In this document: positions 22,306 through 31,605 of the stretch, in pieces
Layout of the letters: each line of letters opens with the position of its first letter
Numbering within the stretch: the stretch's first letter is position 1
NCBI GenBank assembly: GCA_036477175.1
Contig: JAZGCX010000044.1
Span: 1-33,350 of the forward strand
Direction: 5' to 3'
Length of the DNA: 33,350 nucleotides
Origin: Phycisphaeraceae bacterium
GTDB lineage: Bacteria > Planctomycetota > Phycisphaerae > Phycisphaerales > Phycisphaeraceae
The notes under the pieces: model-generated
What the model was told of the DNA's origin: nothing
What the model saw: only the letters and a program-made list of their open reading frames with translations
Database searches by the model: none
Position numbers and translations under genes: made by a program

Positions 22306-23484
22306 ATGAATCGCCGGGTCGGTTCCGACGAACCCACGATGCTGATGCTGAGTTGCTGCGTGCCCGATGCAGCGGGCCCGCCACAGCGCGCCCGCGCGTG
22401 GCAATTGCTGCGGTTGGCCAGCCAGTCGCACCGGGTGCACCTGGCGGCGATCGCCGACGGGCCAGTGAGCCTGGCCCAGTGGCGGTCGGTCGCGGCGTGC
22501 GCTCACCGCGTGGTGATCGAGCCGGTCCCTACCCGTTGCAGGTGGACCGACCGGTGCATCCGTCGTTTCGACATACCGGCCGATCATTGGCTGGCGCTGA
22601 GCCGGGCTCTGATTAAACCGATGAGCGCGTGGCTGAACGCCCGCAGCTTTGACGCCGTATTGTGCACCCACCCGGGTCTGTGGCCTCGGGCTGCCGCGGT
22701 GGGAGCCGATCTGTCAATGTGTGACCTGTATGCGCTGCCCAGCCGCGTACACCGCTGCCGATCGCAGGCGTCTGGTGGTGTGCGGCGACGATGGCACGAA
22801 CGCCAGATGCACCTGTGGGAGCAAGCCGAACAGCACGTCGCCTGTACCTGCCGAATTCTCATCTTTGCTCAGGACGACGATCTGCACAGGTTCGGCGCCG
22901 CCGGCTGCAACAACAGGCTGGTGGTGCCCGAAGCGATCGATCTGGCCTACTTCACGCAAGATGTTGGTGAAGTGGATGCTCCCCCGCGACTGGTCTGTCA
23001 CGCAGACCTGCACGGAACCGGCGGCCGACAAAGCGTCGAATGGTTTTCGCGGCGGATTTGGCCGGCGATCAAGCAAGCGGTGCCGGATGCGCAACTGGAC
23101 CGCAGCGGTGGGCCGCACAGCCGCAATCCGCTGGCACCGCTGTGGGCGGCGTCGGTCGTCGCGGCGCCCGACGCCGAGCCGGCCACGGCCCGCTTGCCGG
23201 TATTGCAGGCGATGGCCCTTTGCCGCCCGGTCGTGGCGCCTGAGCCAGCCGTGCGCAACCTGGGCACCCGCCACAGCGAGCACCTGCTGCTGATCCGCCG
23301 CACCGACCAGTGGGTCCAACACTGTGTCGAATTGCTGCGATCGGCAAGCGCACGGCTGCAACTGGCACAGGGCGCCCGTGACTTTGTCGAACGTCACTTC
23401 TCGATTGAACAAACCGGCCGAGATCTGCTTGGGGCGCTGCGATTCGGCCCGCCAACCGAAACGCCGATGAAACGGGCGGCCTGA
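22306..23484 (+). CDS. GT-B fold glycosyltransferase (GT4-like, resembles the EPS/exosortase-locus-associated sugar transferases), divergent
   Basis: N-terminus MLMLSCCVPDAAGPPQRARAWQLLRLASQSHRVHLAAIAD and C-terminal LPVLQAMALCRPVVAP...ARDFVERHFS match the overall family pattern. The usual EAMA glutamate reads Q here. Confidence 0.55.
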   Translation: MNRRVGSDEPTMLMLSCCVPDAAGPPQRARAWQLLRLASQSHRVHLAAIADGPVSLAQWRSVAACAHRVVIEPVPTRCRWTDRCIRRFDIPADHWLALSRALIKPMSAWLNARSFDAVLCTHPGLWPRAAAVGADLSMCDLYALPSRVHRCRSQASGGVRRRWHERQMHLWEQAEQHVACTCRILIFAQDDDLHRFGAAGCNNRLVVPEAIDLAYFTQDVGEVDAPPRLVCHADLHGTGGRQSVEWFSRRIWPAIKQAVPDAQLDRSGGPHSRNPLAPLWAASVVAAPDAEPATARLPVLQAMALCRPVVAPEPAVRNLGTRHSEHLLLIRRTDQWVQHCVELLRSASARLQLAQGARDFVERHFSIEQTGRDLLGALRFGPPTETPMKRAA

Positions 23485-23573
23485 CCCGTCGGACCGACGC
23501 CAGCGGCCGGTGCCGGGGTATTTTGCATCGCGCTTCGCTTTTCAGCGTGCCGCGTTCGCCTTACCATTCAGGC

Positions 23574-24224
23574 ATGCCCCCCAAACCGCTTTTCCACTCC
23601 GAATCGCTGCGGTCGAGTGTGATCGCAGCAGTGATGCTCACCGTCCTGGTCGCGTCGATGGCGATGTCATATGTACTGGTCGAGCAGCGTCGGGCCCGGT
23701 GGACGCTGCCCACGCTGTCGCCGATGAGCGTCGGTGACATGCAAATCAGCGTGCCACAAGGTTGGCAACCGGTAAAACCACCACCCACGGCCAAGCACCT
23801 TCGCTCACCCGTTCTGTTTCGCGACCCGAAACAGCCGGATCGACAGGTGTTGGTCGCCGTCCTACCGGGCGAGGCCCGAAACCCGATTGCCGCGTTCAAT
23901 ACGGCTTGGCACGGGACCTTAAGCGGCCAACCGCTGCAACAAATCGCCTCCCCTTTCCAGAACGACGACGGCTCGATCGTGGGCTTGCAGGAATACGTGA
24001 TCAGCGCCGCCGACCGACGCATCAGCCACCACGTGTTGGCGGTATGTACCCACGATGGCCGGCGATACTGGTGTGTGCATCTGTCGGAGCCCACTGTGTC
24101 CAACACGCCGCCGAGCCCCCGGGCACACCAGTTCCTCGTCCGCCTGGCTGACGCGATCTGCTTCAGTGTCCCAAGCCACGAGCCTGAACCCGTGCCGCAC
24201 ACGACGGACTCTAACGAGAGTTGA
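23574..24224 (+). CDS. hypothetical membrane-anchored protein (one N-terminal TM helix, extracytoplasmic domain)
   Basis: ATG 23574: MPPKPLFHSESLRSSVIAAVMLTVLVASMAMSYVLV... No family recognised. The track start at 23523 is a TTG. Confidence 0.5.
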   Translation: MPPKPLFHSESLRSSVIAAVMLTVLVASMAMSYVLVEQRRARWTLPTLSPMSVGDMQISVPQGWQPVKPPPTAKHLRSPVLFRDPKQPDRQVLVAVLPGEARNPIAAFNTAWHGTLSGQPLQQIASPFQNDDGSIVGLQEYVISAADRRISHHVLAVCTHDGRRYWCVHLSEPTVSNTPPSPRAHQFLVRLADAICFSVPSHEPEPVPHTTDSNES

Positions 24225-24251
24225 CCGAATAGCACCGAGAGGCCCAAACCG

Positions 24252-25607
24252 ATGAACCACCGCACGGACCGCAAATCACGGGCTCCCACCATGCTGTGTC
24301 TTTGCGCCATCGTCGTGCTCAGTCCGATTGCCGTCGTGGCGACTGACGAGGCGCCAGACGATTCGGTGCTCCGTGAGCAGCGGTGGCGTGAACAGGCGTA
24401 TGGCGTTTCGCTGCGACCACCGGTCGATGCCAGGCTCAGCACCGCCGGCAAGGGTGACGGGCTGCTGCGGATCGACGGTTTCGGCCGCTATGTCATCAAG
24501 TTCGACCTCAAGCATAGCGACAACCCCCTGGACATGGACGGCCTGGTGCGGCGGGCGATGATGCAGATCACGTTCGTGTCCCCCAACGCGATCCTGCTGG
24601 CCGAAGCCGAAGCCCGCCCCGCGGGCCGGCCCGGCGCCATCCTGTATTTCAAGATCCCTGACGACGATCGCGGCCCGTGGGTGCTTGGCCAGGCGTTCAT
24701 GAAACTTGATCCCACCACGTTCGCCATCCTGCGGCTCGAGACCGAATCGCGGTTCTACGAAGCGGTTCGACCGGTTTTCGAGGCCGTGTTCAATAGTTTT
24801 GCCGTCGATTCCCCGGCCGACCTGGACCGGCAACGTGATCAACTGATCCGGCGTGGCCAGGCGTGGCGCGATGCGATTGGCCCCGCACGTCTGCACGCCG
24901 CGCTGGTGGACGACCAGTGGTTTCGCATTCTCGAGAACGACAAGGACATCGGGTACGTGCACATCCGCCAGCAAGCGGCAACGGAAGTGGACCTGCCCGG
25001 GGTCCGGGTGGACGTGCAGGCTCGCATCCTCGCCGACAACCGTGCCTACGATTCACTGAGCAACTTCTTCTGCTCCGACGACGACACCACCGAGATCTGG
25101 TCGATCAAGACGACGGTTCGGCCTCTGACGCCCGAGGCGCGGCTCACCCCGGCCACGCCCGACGGATCACAGTCATGGGCCGAGACCGGACTCCGCGCCA
25201 ATCAGATCGTCCGGATCGGAGACCGCAACGAAGTCGTCAACGTCATCACCGTCAGCCGCGAGAGCCCCAGCAGCGTCACAGAGGACAAGTGGGACCGTCC
25301 GCCCCACGCTTACATCTCGCTCGGCTGGGTCTATGCCATGGGACCGCTGCTGCCCCACAACGAACCCACCGAGATGGCGGTGTACGCCTATTCACCCAAC
25401 ACGGGCAAGGTGGTGCTCCGCACCGAACGGATCGAGCCGGCCAGTGACGGGTCCTACAAGGTTTACTCTCGCCCCAGCCCCGAGATAGGTGAGCAGATCA
25501 CCGAATACGACGCCGAAGGCCGCTTCATCCGACGCACCTATCCCAACGGCCGGATCATGGAACGGACCACGCCGGCCGAGATCGAAGCGCGGTGGCGCAA
25601 CCGGTAA
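24252..25607 (+). CDS. hypothetical secreted protein (451 aa)
   Basis: Signal peptide MNHRTDRKSRAPTMLCLCAIVVLSPIAVVATDE, GAGAGG SD-like sequence upstream, coding-like GC3. No family recognised. Confidence 0.6.
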   Translation: MNHRTDRKSRAPTMLCLCAIVVLSPIAVVATDEAPDDSVLREQRWREQAYGVSLRPPVDARLSTAGKGDGLLRIDGFGRYVIKFDLKHSDNPLDMDGLVRRAMMQITFVSPNAILLAEAEARPAGRPGAILYFKIPDDDRGPWVLGQAFMKLDPTTFAILRLETESRFYEAVRPVFEAVFNSFAVDSPADLDRQRDQLIRRGQAWRDAIGPARLHAALVDDQWFRILENDKDIGYVHIRQQAATEVDLPGVRVDVQARILADNRAYDSLSNFFCSDDDTTEIWSIKTTVRPLTPEARLTPATPDGSQSWAETGLRANQIVRIGDRNEVVNVITVSRESPSSVTEDKWDRPPHAYISLGWVYAMGPLLPHNEPTEMAVYAYSPNTGKVVLRTERIEPASDGSYKVYSRPSPEIGEQITEYDAEGRFIRRTYPNGRIMERTTPAEIEARWRNR

Positions 25608-25622
25608 CGCCCGAGCCCGCGT

Positions 25623-25648
25623 TTCGTCGGGTTCATTCGTGACGAATG
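25623..25648 (+). repeat. TTCGTC/GACGAA-type hairpin 16 nt after the stop of the 451-aa gene (same sequence family as 1587-1650)
   Basis: gtTTCGTCgggttCATTCGtgaCGAATGct. It offers either a 6-bp stem cattcg/cgaatg with a 3-nt loop, or ttcgtc/gacgaa with a 12-nt loop. Confidence 0.4.
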
Positions 25649-25720
25649 CTCTTCAACGAGCGGCCCTTCGGACTCGCCGCTCAACGCGGCAAACCGTCCG
25701 TGTTCATCTGTGGCTAACGA

Positions 25721-26311
25721 TTATGGCAACTCGAATGTGCCGCCGCGTTGGCGTTTGGGCTTGCCTTTGAGAACTTTCCGCAGTTTCTTGATGAAGGTGC
25801 GTTCAACCGCCGGATCGCCGAAATTGCCGACACGGACCGAGGCACGGACATGCTCGGGCGAGGTCGAATGAACGACGACCCAGACGGTGCGACCATCCGG
25901 ATGCAACGCCCGGGCGCGGACGACCATGGCTGGGGCGTCGGCCGGGGCCCCGTCGCCCTCGCCGGGGGCGTGATAATACCGGACGCTGAGCCGGGCCCCG
26001 TAAAGCTGGTCGATCGTTCGGCCGACGTCGTCGGGTAGTCGCCGTGGGTCGGCATCCCAGTCGGCGGACGTGGCATGGTCCGGCGGGTGGTGGGCCAACC
26101 GGTCGGTGACGCGGGTGATGCTGCGGTTGGGGTCGGCGTTGGGCAGGATCGCGGCAGATTTACACCCGGCCGCAAGCAGCCCCACGAGGCAGCAGGCCGT
26201 GATCGCACCGCGGTGACGCAGCCGGCGGCTGTCAGCGGCTGATCCGGCGAGGCTCAGGCTGTCAACGGACCGCCGGATCACATAAGATACAGGGCAAACA
26301 AAGTTGGCCAT
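25721..26311 (-). CDS. hypothetical lipoprotein
   Basis: Lipobox LLAAGC preceded by a basic RRLRHRG. C-terminal SVRVGNFGDPAVERTFIKKLRKVL. The start is uncertain: the listed ATG at 26311 is only 20 nt from the divergent phoH start. Confidence 0.5.
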   Translation of the reverse strand: MANFVCPVSYVIRRSVDSLSLAGSAADSRRLRHRGAITACCLVGLLAAGCKSAAILPNADPNRSITRVTDRLAHHPPDHATSADWDADPRRLPDDVGRTIDQLYGARLSVRYYHAPGEGDGAPADAPAMVVRARALHPDGRTVWVVVHSTSPEHVRASVRVGNFGDPAVERTFIKKLRKVLKGKPKRQRGGTFELP

Positions 26312-26331
26312 GGGCCGGGAGTGTATCGCAA

Positions 26332-27363
26332 TTGGAACTGACGATCAGCCTACCCCACGGTGAGCAGCGGCTGGCGCTGACTGGCCCGGCCGAGCGGAAC
26401 CTCAAGATCATCCGTGAGACGCTGGGGGTGAATACACAGGAGCGTAACGGCACGCTGCGGATCAGCGGCGACAGCCAGGCGGTCGGCCAGGCGGCGCGCG
26501 TGCTGGAGCAGTTAGCGGCCGCAGCGCGGCAGAACGAACCGATGACCCGGCAACAGTTGCTCGACGTGATCGCGACGGCCGGCCACCTGCCGGCAGCCGG
26601 CGGCAAGCAGCCGCACTGGGCGGCGGATCACCGCGATCAGAGTGACACGACGCTTTCGGCCGAGGGCCTGGAGGTCTATCTGGCTGGGCGGCGCATCCGC
26701 GCTTTATCTGACGGTCAGCGGCGATACCTCCAAGCGATTTACGAGCACGACCTGACGCTATGTACCGGCCCGGCGGGAACGGGCAAGACCTACCTGGCAG
26801 TGGCAGCGGCGGTGGCGATGCTCAAGCGCGGCCAGGTCCGCAAACTCGTGCTGGTCCGCCCGGCGGTTGAAGCGGGTGAGAAACTGGGGTTCCTGCCGGG
26901 CAACATGCAGGACAAGGTCAACCCCTACCTCCGCCCCCTGCTCGACGCGCTGCACGACATGATGGAGTTCGAGCAGATCCAGCGATTCCTGGCGTGCGAC
27001 CTGATCGAGATCGTGCCGCTGGCGTTCATGCGCGGCCGCACGCTCAACGACGCGCTGATCATCCTGGACGAAGGCCAGAACACCACCCGGTCGCAGATGC
27101 TGATGTTCCTGACACGGCTAGGCCACGGCGGTAAAATGGTGGTCACCGGCGACACGTCGCAGACCGACTTGGCGGACCCGAGGCAGTCGGGGCTGGTTGA
27201 CGCGGCGAGGCGACTGGGACGGATCCGCAGCGTCGCGTGCGTGGCGCTTGGGCAGGTTGACATTGTCCGCCACAGCCTCGTGCAACGGATCGTCGAGGCC
27301 TATGGTCCACGGCCGGAGGTTCAGCAATCCCTTGATACAACTGGAGATACGCTAGACCAGTAG
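26332..27363 (+). CDS. phoH: PhoH/YbeZ family ATPase
   Basis: GPAGTGKTYLAVAAAVAML, LVRPAVEAGEKLGFLPGNMQDKVNPYLRPLLDAL, FMRGRTLNDALIILDEGQNTT, VVTGDTSQTDL. TTG start. Confidence 0.9.
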   Translation: MELTISLPHGEQRLALTGPAERNLKIIRETLGVNTQERNGTLRISGDSQAVGQAARVLEQLAAAARQNEPMTRQQLLDVIATAGHLPAAGGKQPHWAADHRDQSDTTLSAEGLEVYLAGRRIRALSDGQRRYLQAIYEHDLTLCTGPAGTGKTYLAVAAAVAMLKRGQVRKLVLVRPAVEAGEKLGFLPGNMQDKVNPYLRPLLDALHDMMEFEQIQRFLACDLIEIVPLAFMRGRTLNDALIILDEGQNTTRSQMLMFLTRLGHGGKMVVTGDTSQTDLADPRQSGLVDAARRLGRIRSVACVALGQVDIVRHSLVQRIVEAYGPRPEVQQSLDTTGDTLDQ

Positions 27364-27441
27364 TCACGGGCCCACACCGCCGATACAGTTGTAGCCGCAC
27401 TGTGCGGCAGTTCCGCAGCCCCCGACAAGGGTCGCATTGCC

Positions 27442-29766
27442 ATGGCCGTGGTCAAGAGCAATTCTGCCCGCCGCCGAGAGGTCCGCCGCAGCGTGCCTAA
27501 GCCGGCCCGCCCTTGGGTCGATTGGCTGCGCCGCCGGGAAATCCTCTGGGCCATCCTCTGGGCGCTGACGTTCACCATTGTCGGCGGTCTGATCGCGGTC
27601 AGTGGTCAACAGCCCCGCTATTGGGTCGGTCAGTTCGTCACCAAGCCGATCGTCGCGCGGGTCGATTTCACCGCGGTGGACGAAGCCAAGACCCTCGCCG
27701 AGCGGACCAAGGCATACGACCGCGAGCCGGCGGTTTACATCGCCAACATCGATTTCTACAAGGATCTGCAAGGCCGGTTTGAGGCCCTGATCAGCCGGGC
27801 CGCCAACACCGATCTGGATGAGATCCCCGAAGAAGACCGCGCTGTGCTCTCAATCGATGAGTCGGTCCTGTCGTCCTTGCAGCAGCAGCTCGATAGCGAA
27901 GGCAAACCCACTGAAGAATGGCAGGTCCGCACGCAACAGTTCATCCGCGGGATATTCGAGCTGGCGATCCTGGCCCCACAGAGAGCCGAGGCCGAGCGCA
28001 GCCAAACCAGCGGCGGCGTGATCGTCATCGTTCACCCCAACCCTGCCGATCCGCAGCAACCGGAGCTGTCGCGCTATCCCAACGCGATTTACAGCATAAG
28101 CGAGCACGTCAAGCAACTGCGCGGCAGTATCGAACGGCTGGCGACGCCGTTCCCTCCCTCGTTGCGAGAGACGATCGTCGCGATGGCGATGAACAATCTC
28201 CAGCCGACCTACCACTACGATGCGGCCGAGACCCACCAGCGTAAACAGACCGCCTTTGACGGCGTCACGCCCCGTCGAATCCCCTACCAAACCAACGAGG
28301 TGCTCGCCGCAGCGGGCACGAAACTCAACGCAACGACCAGAGGGGTGATCCTACGGGAGCACGAGGCCTTCGAGGAGCAATTGACCACCGCGAAGCGATG
28401 GCTGCCTTACACGGGCCAATTGGGTTTCATTGGGGTATTGGCCATCGGTCTGTGGGTTTACATCGCCGCGTACAGCCACCGGATTATGCAAAACCCAATG
28501 CGCGGCTTGGCGATCACCGCCCTGCTGCTTTCGAGTCAGGCCCTGGCGGTCGGCACCACGCAATTGGAGGGCGGATTGGTCTACCTGACCGCCACGTTTC
28601 CCACCCTGCTGGCGGCACTGGTGCTTTGCATCGCGTATGACCAGCGGTTCGCACTGGCCATTGGCGCGATCCTTGCGCTGTGCGTCGTGTTCAGTCTGAA
28701 TCTGACGGTCGGGTTTACGATCGTCCTGCTGGTGGGCGTGTGCGTAGGGCTCAGTCAACTGCATGACGTGCGCAGCCGCTCGAAGCTGGTCAAGATTGGG
28801 TTATGGATGGGCATCGCGATGAGCGTGGCGGTGTGGTTGACCGCGCTGGCAGAGCGGAATCTCGGACTCGTCGATGCGTTCAAACCCATCGCCCGTGATT
28901 CGGTTTGGGTGCTGCTGGCCGGTGTGTTGGTCGGGCTGCTCGTGCAGGGGGTGCTGCCGACGATCGAGCGGGTCTTTAGGATCACCACCTCAATGACGCT
29001 CAAGGAACTCAACGACGCGTCACACCCGTTGCTCCAGCGCCTGGCCCAGGCCGCCCCCGGCACCTACCAGCACTCGTTGCGGTTGGCGGACATGGCCGAA
29101 GCCGCCGCCGAAACCATCGGCGCCAACGGGCTGATGTGCCGCGTCGGTGCGATGTATCACGACATCGGCAAGATCCACAAGCCCCAATACTTCGTCGAAA
29201 ACCAGGCTGGCGGCCCCAACCGCCACGCCAAACTCTCGCCCGCCATGAGCGTGCTGATTATCGTCGGCCACGTCAAGAACGGCATCGAGATGGCGCGGGA
29301 GTACGGCCTGCCGCTGGTCCTGCGACACTTTATCGAGTCGCACCACGGCACGACACTGGTTGAATACTTCTACCACGCCGCCAAACAGAAACATGATTCA
29401 GAGGGCCAACCCGAACCGACCGAATTCGAGTTCCGCTACCCCGGCCCTAAGCCACAGTCCAAAGAAGCAGCGATCATGATGCTCGGCGACGGGATCGAGA
29501 GCGCCTGCCGCACCCTCGCCGAGCCCACACCCGTTCGGCTTGAACAACTCACCCACGCCATGGCCCAGAAACGGTTGATGGACGGCCAATTCGACGAGTG
29601 CAACCTGACCCTACAGGAGTTACACAAGATCGAAGAGTCGATGACCAAGACGCTGTGCGCGGTCTATCACGGCCGGGTCAAGTACCCCGCCGAACCGCAC
29701 GACGAAGCCGCCGAGCAGCAGGCCGCCCCCGAACCCCAACCCGCCGCCGTGCGCACCGGCTCGTGA
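27442..29766 (+). CDS. pgpH: 7TM-HD membrane phosphohydrolase (PgpH/YqfF family, cyclic-di-AMP phosphodiesterase type)
   Basis: N-terminal extracellular domain, a 7-TM block (about 28390-28950) and a C-terminal HD domain: YQHSLRLADMAEAAAE, YHDIGKIHKPQYFVENQ, GHVKNG, ESHHGT. Confidence 0.85.
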   Translation: MAVVKSNSARRREVRRSVPKPARPWVDWLRRREILWAILWALTFTIVGGLIAVSGQQPRYWVGQFVTKPIVARVDFTAVDEAKTLAERTKAYDREPAVYIANIDFYKDLQGRFEALISRAANTDLDEIPEEDRAVLSIDESVLSSLQQQLDSEGKPTEEWQVRTQQFIRGIFELAILAPQRAEAERSQTSGGVIVIVHPNPADPQQPELSRYPNAIYSISEHVKQLRGSIERLATPFPPSLRETIVAMAMNNLQPTYHYDAAETHQRKQTAFDGVTPRRIPYQTNEVLAAAGTKLNATTRGVILREHEAFEEQLTTAKRWLPYTGQLGFIGVLAIGLWVYIAAYSHRIMQNPMRGLAITALLLSSQALAVGTTQLEGGLVYLTATFPTLLAALVLCIAYDQRFALAIGAILALCVVFSLNLTVGFTIVLLVGVCVGLSQLHDVRSRSKLVKIGLWMGIAMSVAVWLTALAERNLGLVDAFKPIARDSVWVLLAGVLVGLLVQGVLPTIERVFRITTSMTLKELNDASHPLLQRLAQAAPGTYQHSLRLADMAEAAAETIGANGLMCRVGAMYHDIGKIHKPQYFVENQAGGPNRHAKLSPAMSVLIIVGHVKNGIEMAREYGLPLVLRHFIESHHGTTLVEYFYHAAKQKHDSEGQPEPTEFEFRYPGPKPQSKEAAIMMLGDGIESACRTLAEPTPVRLEQLTHAMAQKRLMDGQFDECNLTLQELHKIEESMTKTLCAVYHGRVKYPAEPHDEAAEQQAAPEPQPAAVRTGS

Positions 29767-29840
29767 ACTCAGTCACATCAATTCGAATAGGTTAGGTCCT
29801 GGGTAGGCATCTGCGGGGCGGTTCCTGCAGCCGGACGATA

Positions 29841-30383
29841 CTACGCCTGCTCGTCGAGTTCTGCGACGATCTCGGCCTCAGCCTGATCTTCTTCTCGGCC
29901 CGCCGCTTCCGTGTCCAACTCCTCGGCGGGCTTGTCCGAGACCACCCACAGCTTGATTTCCGTTCTGAGGTCGTCGGCCAACACGATCGGGACAGGGTAT
30001 GAGTCCAGGCGCTTGATCTGATGCCCGACGCGCACGGCTCGATCCTCGATCTCGAAACCGGCGGCCCGCAACGCCTCGGCGATGTCGTGCTGTGACACGC
30101 CGCCGAACAGAACCCCCTGCTCGTTGGCCGACCGCTGCAGCGTCAGTTCGTACCCCTCGAGCGTCTGGATCAGGTCCGCTTGAGCGAGCCGGAACCGGCG
30201 CATCTCCTGTTCAACCTGCTTGTGGCGTTCGGCCAACCGGTTGATGTTGCCCGGCGTCGGATCGGTCGCCATGCCCCGCGGCAGCAGAAAATTGCGGGCA
30301 TAACCGGGCCGAACCTTGACCACGTCGCCCACGATGCCCAGGTTCTGCACGTTCTCGGTCAGCAACAGTTCGATCATCTTCAT
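29841..30383 (-). CDS. rplI: 50S ribosomal protein L9
   Basis: MKMIELLLTENVQNLGIVGDVVKVRPGYARNFLLPRGMA... with an acidic C-terminal tail. Confidence 0.9.
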   Translation of the reverse strand: MKMIELLLTENVQNLGIVGDVVKVRPGYARNFLLPRGMATDPTPGNINRLAERHKQVEQEMRRFRLAQADLIQTLEGYELTLQRSANEQGVLFGGVSQHDIAEALRAAGFEIEDRAVRVGHQIKRLDSYPVPIVLADDLRTEIKLWVVSDKPAEELDTEAAGREEDQAEAEIVAELDEQA

Positions 30384-30469
30384 GGCGTTGGTCCGTTGCG
30401 GCCAGCGGCAAGTAACCGCTCAGCGCAGATATCAAAGGCCACGGGTCAGGGGTCACCGACCACCGGCCA

Positions 30470-30937
30470 CTAAAACGGTATGTCGTCCCCTGCGACGGGG
30501 TGGTGGGCGTCCGGGCCGGAGGCCTGGGCGGTCTGGCTGGGGGCCTGGGTTCTGCTGCGCGGCGATGACCGGCGTGAGGAGTTGTCTGCGTCGCCTTCGC
30601 CGCCGCCGCGCGAGTCCACGAACTGAAAGTTCTCGACGACCACCTTCAGCTTCGAGCGGTTGTTCCCGTCCTTATCCTGCCACTGGTCGAGCTTCAACCG
30701 ACCCTCGATGAAGATCGGTCGGCCTTTCTTGAGGTATTGGTTCATCACCTCAGCAGTCCGGCCAAACGCCTCGCAGTCGATGAAGGAGGTCTCTTCCTGC
30801 TGCTCGCCCTGCTGGTTTCGCCACCGGCGGTTGACCGCCACGCCGATGCCGACCACCGCCGTGTTACTCGGCAGGTAACGCAGCTCCGGGTCACGGGTCA
30901 GGTTGCCCATGAGCATGACCTTGTTCAGGTTTGGCAT
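30470..30937 (-). CDS. ssb: single-stranded DNA-binding protein
   Basis: LNKVMLMGNLTRDPELRYLPSNTAVVGIGVAVNRRW (OB fold), a Gly/Ser-rich linker and the C-terminal DDIPF tip. Confidence 0.9.
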   Translation of the reverse strand: MPNLNKVMLMGNLTRDPELRYLPSNTAVVGIGVAVNRRWRNQQGEQQEETSFIDCEAFGRTAEVMNQYLKKGRPIFIEGRLKLDQWQDKDGNNRSKLKVVVENFQFVDSRGGGEGDADNSSRRSSPRSRTQAPSQTAQASGPDAHHPVAGDDIPF

Positions 30938-30993
30938 GGTTCGGCTCCGGCCTCAAAGGGTAAAAAGAAACTTGCCTCGCTAAGGCTCCACGC

Positions 30994-31443
30994 TCAGGCG
31001 TCGTCGCCGCCGGCCGCCGCGCTTTGCATCCTGGACGCGGCAGGCTCGTCTTGCGTTGATGGCGTCTCCGGCCCGCCGCTGCGGAGCTTCACCTCCAGCG
31101 TCAGATCAGCGTCCTTCCTGGCCAGCTCCAACTCGGTCTCGCCGACGTGGTCCGCCCGGATGATCATCGAGCGCAGCACCTGCTCCGACAGGTTGAAGTC
31201 GCGCTCCATCCTGGCGATCTCCGACACAGGGGCCCGGAAGTACGCCAACAGGTACACCCCGCGCTTTTGCCCCCTGACTGGATACGCCAGCCGGCGCTCA
31301 TCCCACTTGCGCAGAACGTCCAGCTCGGCACCGCCGCGGGTGATCACCTGACGCACATACTCCACCACCTCAGCAAAATCACTCGCGATCGCTTGTTGAT
31401 TCAGTAGGAACAGGCCCTCGTATAGCCGTACCGGCTCGGACAT
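30994..31443 (-). CDS. rpsF: 30S ribosomal protein S6
   Basis: MSEPVRLYEGLFLLNQQ..RKWDERRLAYPVRGQKRGVYLLAYF. ATG 31443 has AAGGAG 9 nt upstream; the track start at 31452 is a TTG three codons earlier. Confidence 0.9.
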   Translation of the reverse strand: MSEPVRLYEGLFLLNQQAIASDFAEVVEYVRQVITRGGAELDVLRKWDERRLAYPVRGQKRGVYLLAYFRAPVSEIARMERDFNLSEQVLRSMIIRADHVGETELELARKDADLTLEVKLRSGGPETPSTQDEPAASRMQSAAAGGDDA

Positions 31444-31471
31444 GATGTTCAACTCCTTCGGCCGCTCGGTG

Positions 31472-31592
31472 GTCCCGGAACCGCTCCGGGACGCCGGACC
31501 CGGCCCCGATACCCGCTCACCACCGGGCGGAGCTCATAGGCCGAGCAGCAATGCGAACCGCACATGATAACCCCCACCATGCCCACGAGCAA
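31472..31592 (-). promoter_or_regulatory. candidate rpsF promoter (TTGCTC-17 nt-TATCAT, 31592-31564) and 5'-UTR hairpin (GTCCCGGA-gcggt-TCCGGGAC, 31492-31472)
   Basis: Minus strand reads cgTTGCTCgtgggcatggtgggggtTATCATgtgcgg. There is an 8-bp GC-rich stem about 30 nt upstream of the rpsF ATG. The hairpin could equally be the terminator of the upstream phnD-like gene. Confidence 0.3.
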
Positions 31593-31605
31593 CGCTGCCG
31601 ATCAC

